In this document: positions 61,317-64,000 of the stretch, piece after piece
Position numbering within the stretch: the stretch's first letter is position 1
Layout: the number at the start of each line of letters is the position of its first letter
Assembly: GCA_965645245.1 (NCBI GenBank)
Contig: OZ287079.1
Location: forward strand, 310,001 to 374,000
Source: Massalongia carnosa
Lineage: Eukaryota
Length of the DNA stretch: 64,000 nucleotides
Direction: 5' to 3'
The notes under the pieces: generated by a model
Told to the model about the DNA's origin: nothing
Database searches by the model: none
The model's input: the letters and a program-made list of their open reading frames with translations, nothing else
Position numbers and translations under genes: made by a program

Positions 61317-61764
61317 TGTCAAGGACTGGGCAGGGGATTGAACTAATATTCCTAGGAATTGGATTGGGTGATCAAGATGTCTTTATTAATAAGGCTATAG
61401 CTAGGTGATGGATTGCTATACAAGACGTCGGACAAGGAGTCAACTATCTAATTAACTTGTCCTTCCTTTTATATTTGTCTCGAACCCCTTTGCATGAAGA
61501 TTCGATCAGTGTTCATCTCCCCCTATTAGGAGACGTACGGCACGAAGGTTTGACGAGGTGTTTGACGATAAAAGGTGGAGATGAGGTTCTCCTGTCGTTG
61601 GTACGCTTTGATGGTGATGGTACAGCTTTGACCTGAAGCCGTTGAGAGGGGTCTAAACTCGATTTAGTTAATGAGATTCTGACTAAGCTGAATAGAGGAA
61701 CGGGAGCTTAGTCAGATTCATCTGCGGGATTGATTCTGGATCGGGTTGGTTCGATTTCATGACA
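61317..61764 (-). mobile_element. Solo LTR related to the chromovirus at 31333-37737
   Basis: The first ~135 bp and the terminal GATTTCATGACA match that LTR. TSD CTAGG/CTGGG has one mismatch. Confidence 0.85.
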
Positions 61765-61865
61765 CTGGGCTTATTCTTTTTGGTCTGTTCTTTTAATTCT
61801 GAGAGGGGCAAAGCATCTGATTAGTCGGGAAGCTCAATTTCTATGCCTCTCATAATGATTTATTC

Positions 61866-64000
61866 AGTTAAAAGGAGACTCTTCTTACAGGTGATCGCAT
61901 TGACTATGTAGCTATCTAGAATAGGTTTATTGAACATTTGACATGTTCAATGAACAAGGCTTAGCGCCATCTAAGCGACACCCAATCCCAGCTGTACAAA
62001 TCAACCGCCATTTAACACTCCCCCTGCGGTGTGATATTCATTCTCCTTCACAATCTTTGCAGCCCCAATTGATCGATGAAGCGTTTGAAGATAGGCTTGT
62101 TCAAAGGCTTGGTTAGCCCGTCAGCAATCATTTCTCCGCTTGGTACATAGTCGACATGAATTCGATTTCGCTTGTGTAGATCTCGAATATGATGGTATGT
62201 CACGTCTATATGCTTAGACCTATCATGAATGTGAGCGTCTTTAGCCAACTGGATGGCAGCCTGATTATCTCCCTTCAGCTGTATTGGAGAGTCAACCTGA
62301 TGCTTGCCGTTTTCGCGAATGTTGACACTGGGATCGAAGTATTTAGCAAAGCCTATATCCTTCATTAGCTGAACGAGCCAAATGCCCTCTTTAGCACATG
62401 TGGATAGAGCCATGTATTCTGCTTCGGTGGTTGAAGTAGCAACCGACTTCTGCTTTCTGCTCATCCATGATATAGGCCCTCCTCCTAACATGAATACATA
62501 TCCTAAAATCGACTTTCTCTCAAGTCTATCGGCCGCGTAATCCGAATCGGAGTATCCAATAAGACTATGATTTCTCTCTGTTCCGTAGAGTATGCCAAGA
62601 TCGATGGTGGATCGAACATATCGAAGAAGTGCCTTGAGCGCATGACCGTGATGAATAGCAGGATCGCTTAAATATTGGCTTAGCCTTCCAAGAGCGAATG
62701 CTATATCTGGTCGTGTGTGAATCGCTGCGTACATGAGACTTCCAACGATTTGCTGATACTCCTTTTGATCTATGCGTTTGTCGTCTTTTCCAGCTGGTCG
62801 CAGTGAATCGTAGCCATTCATGGGAATTTCGGTAGGCCTATGCTTGTCAGCGCTCATGTGCGCTCTTTCCATCACATCTTTGAGATAGTGCGTTTGATCC
62901 ATTCGGAGTATGCGATTCTTGCGATCTCGGGTGACTCGAATGCCTAGAACTTTTGACACTTCTCCTAGATCTTTGATGCTGACGGCAGTGTTGAATTCTC
63001 GTTTGAACCAGTTGATTTCCTTCGTCATCTTGGCGGCTATCACTAAGTCATCTACGTGCATGAATATAATGATACCTTTGACAGGATGAGTGAATAAGCA
63101 TGGATCGGAAGGGCATTGTGCGAAGCCTAGCTTGATCAGCTCATTGGTGCAGCGGCTATGCCATTCTCTGGCAGATTGCTTTAGACCGTAGAGACTTTGC
63201 AGAATCTGAAGAGCTCTACCGGGGGCGACCTTGACTCCTTCCGGTGCAGTCATGTAGATGGTATCCTTTAGGGATGACTGAGTGAATGCGTTATTCACAT
63301 CTACTTGATGGCATTCCAAATCCTCCAGGGCTACTATAGCGAGTACTGTGCGTAGAGTGTCTGATCTTACCGTGGGAGCAAAAGTGTCTTCATAGTCGAT
63401 GCCGTATTTCTGGGTAAATCCACGGGCGACTAATCTTGCCTTTAACTTCTCCAACGAGCCATCGATATTCAGTTTGACCTTGAATACCCATTTGCAAGTG
63501 ACAATATTCGTTTTTGGAGGTGGGACAACTTCTTTCCATGTCTTATTGCTAATCAGCGCGTTGATCTCGGTGTCCACTGCTTCCTTCCATAACTCCCCCC
63601 ACACTGGATCATTCACCGCTTCGCGATAAGATCTAGGTGTTGGTATGTTCTTTCCTGACGAAAACGTATTTGCGGACATGGCAGACTCCCATTTGAGATG
63701 TCCATCTTCGTCATTGTCATTGTCATCAGCGAATAATGCCAGGAAGGCGCGAGGTATTTTGAAAGCCGGTTCCTCGGGAGCTAAATCTTCATTAGATCGT
63801 TTGCGCTTAGGGATCGCCACATGTGAGAATATGGGTGCGGTTGCGGCAGGAGCTGATGTGGCTGCAGCGGGAGCTGGGTCATTCGTGATTGGGGCTGGAT
63901 CGGGAATTGATATTGGTGATGCGTCTTGGGTGACATCATTGTTTGGATTTGATTGATCAGGAGCTTCATGTGTTGGTTGATCTTCGTTGCTAGGAATCTC
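61866..64000 (-). mobile_element. Ty1/Copia element, 3' part (3' LTR 61866-62017), continues beyond the window
   Basis: PPT AGGGGGAG at 62018-62025 next to TGTTAAATGG, with an RT-RNase H ORF upstream. Confidence 0.9.
62048..64000 (-). CDS. Copia pol C-terminal part (RT, RNase H), open to the window edge
   Basis: KARLVARG, LYGLKQS, HVDD, GYSDSDYA, SKHID, MIADGLTKPL. No stops. Confidence 0.92.
   Translation of the reverse strand, partial: EIPSNEDQPTHEAPDQSNPNNDVTQDASPISIPDPAPITNDPAPAAATSAPAATAPIFSHVAIPKRKRSNEDLAPEEPAFKIPRAFLALFADDNDNDEDGHLKWESAMSANTFSSGKNIPTPRSYREAVNDPVWGELWKEAVDTEINALISNKTWKEVVPPPKTNIVTCKWVFKVKLNIDGSLEKLKARLVARGFTQKYGIDYEDTFAPTVRSDTLRTVLAIVALEDLECHQVDVNNAFTQSSLKDTIYMTAPEGVKVAPGRALQILQSLYGLKQSAREWHSRCTNELIKLGFAQCPSDPCLFTHPVKGIIIFMHVDDLVIAAKMTKEINWFKREFNTAVSIKDLGEVSKVLGIRVTRDRKNRILRMDQTHYLKDVMERAHMSADKHRPTEIPMNGYDSLRPAGKDDKRIDQKEYQQIVGSLMYAAIHTRPDIAFALGRLSQYLSDPAIHHGHALKALLRYVRSTIDLGILYGTERNHSLIGYSDSDYAADRLERKSILGYVFMLGGGPISWMSRKQKSVATSTTEAEYMALSTCAKEGIWLVQLMKDIGFAKYFDPSVNIRENGKHQVDSPIQLKGDNQAAIQLAKDAHIHDRSKHIDVTYHHIRDLHKRNRIHVDYVPSGEMIADGLTKPLNKPIFKRFIDQLGLQRL

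Noticed and set aside
1..64000. Starship-type giant element carrying the NLR
   Set aside because: No DUF3435 tyrosine-recombinase captain or recognisable boundary in this window. It cannot be excluded from outside the window.

Overview
Eukaryotic DNA from a filamentous ascomycete (spliceosomal GT-AG introns, fungal gene and transposon families). Roughly two thirds of the window is transposon-derived and heavily nested. LTR retroelements: a young Ty1/Copia (11032-17730) interrupted by an intact Fot1/pogo element, a GalEa-type Copia deletion derivative (23403-27270), a chromodomain Ty3/Gypsy with an apparent self-priming site (31333-37737), a Copia/Gypsy chimeric relic, a Copia running off the right edge, and seven solo LTRs with target-site duplications (TSDs). 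DNA transposons: several copies of a long-TIR pogo family ('family A'), another pogo ('C'), piggyBac and Mutator relics, and two copies of an intron-containing Ginger/SCAND3-like integrase element that is reciprocally nested with family A. Host genes are islands. They include an apparently intact 7-exon fungal NLR (alpha/beta-hydrolase + NB-ARC + 14 near-identical TPRs that vary combinatorially at a few positions) with a Copia LTR just upstream of its predicted ATG, a multi-pass membrane protein, a Cys-rich type I membrane protein, a secreted-protein gene and several gene fragments. No rRNA, tRNA or CRISPR features were seen. Coordinates, splice sites and TSDs were read by eye, and family assignments are from motif recognition, not database searches.
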